A stretch of 64,000 nt of DNA. Origin: Lama glama (taxonomy: Eukaryota). Both the position numbers and the translations under genes were made by a program. Of the stretch, positions 63,458 to 64,000 are shown in pieces; the first letter of the stretch is position 1, and each line of letters begins with the position of its first letter. Under the pieces are notes generated by a model. That model worked only from the letters and a program-made list of their open reading frames with translations. It was not told the DNA's origin and did not search any database. The stretch lies in NCBI GenBank assembly GCA_028534125.1, contig CM052817.1, positions 104,286,001-104,350,000 of the forward strand. Direction: 5' to 3'.

Positions 63458-63615
63458 CAGGGCTTGAACAAGGAAAGCAAGGCAGCCACATTCAAAATTT
63501 AAGGAAGCACTCACTCTCAGTTGCTTACCCTACCCATGCATGACCCTGAGAATGAGTGCCTCCTTAAATTTTACACCCAAGCCTCCTGCCTTGTCTGGCC
63601 CTGGTCCCTACCTTG
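63458..63615. mobile_element. MER96-like palindromic hAT MITE
   Basis: Inverted arms aaaatttaaggaagcactcactctcag / ctgagaatgagtgcctccttaaatttt, with cagggc...ccttg termini. Confidence 0.85.
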
Positions 63616-63911
63616 GTTTTTGCCCTTATATGTTAGGAGGATGGTCTTTTGGGTCTCCGACTTGTTTCAGAGGTGAAATGTGAGATCACTAGGAGATATG
63701 GCTGGTGCAGGAGGCAGTAGATGCAGTGTGTTTGGGGTCCTGAGGTGAGACAGGTTTCTCATCAAAGCAGAAGAAATGTGCTCCTGGTTCAGGCCAGGAG
63801 CAGCCCCCTTGTCAGGCCAATTCCATGCTGTGGTTCTGGAAACTGTCTTATAAATGTGACCTACAGCCAAGGATCCTATCCTTTCCAAGGATTCTGAGAG
63901 CTACAGACGTC

Positions 63912-63960
63912 TTTTTTTTTTATTGAAATATAGTCGATTTATAATATGTTAATTTATTTT
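63912..63960 (-). mobile_element. L1 3' tip at the window edge
   Basis: Poly-T plus attgaaatatagtcgatttataatatgttaattt. Confidence 0.7.
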
Positions 63961-64000
63961 TTGTTTGTTTTTTACAGTTACTTTTTTTATGTATTTTTGT

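Noticed and set aside
1..64000. CRISPR array, prokaryotic defence island or other novel multi-gene system
   Set aside because: There is no regularly spaced repeat-spacer array, no gene-dense ORF organisation and no intact enzyme ORF. The repeat content is that of ordinary eutherian non-coding DNA.

Overview
This is mammalian nuclear DNA, most likely a camelid (camel, alpaca, llama or vicuna). That call rests on seven copies of a tRNA-Ala-derived SINE with the Vic-1-like camelid layout. The window reads as intronic or intergenic. I found no protein-coding gene, RNA gene, CRISPR array or operon-like system that I can support. The only ORFs with recognisable protein content are decayed Tigger1 transposase and L1 ORF2 fragments. 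By my rough tally, over a third of the window is recognisable transposon debris: L1 of several ages, L2, MIR, MaLR/MLT1, ERV solo LTRs, Tigger1, MER3, MER5A, MER96 and MER103-like elements. Repeat names come from my memory of consensus sequences, and boundaries without a stated TSD are approximate. Features worth a second look: (1) one TSD-bounded composite L1 insertion at 17.8-18.6 kb carrying captured 5' genomic DNA, a twin-priming inversion and a probable 3' transduction; (2) an old, diverged ~300-bp direct duplication of non-repeat DNA next to a CpG-rich, first-exon-like patch at ~5-6.8 kb; (3) a three-level nest of old L1, Tigger1 and a younger L1; (4) candidate regulatory and splicing signals: a CTCF motif, an ACGTG cluster, and possible 3-nt and 48-nt exons. 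I see no evidence of a new biological system.
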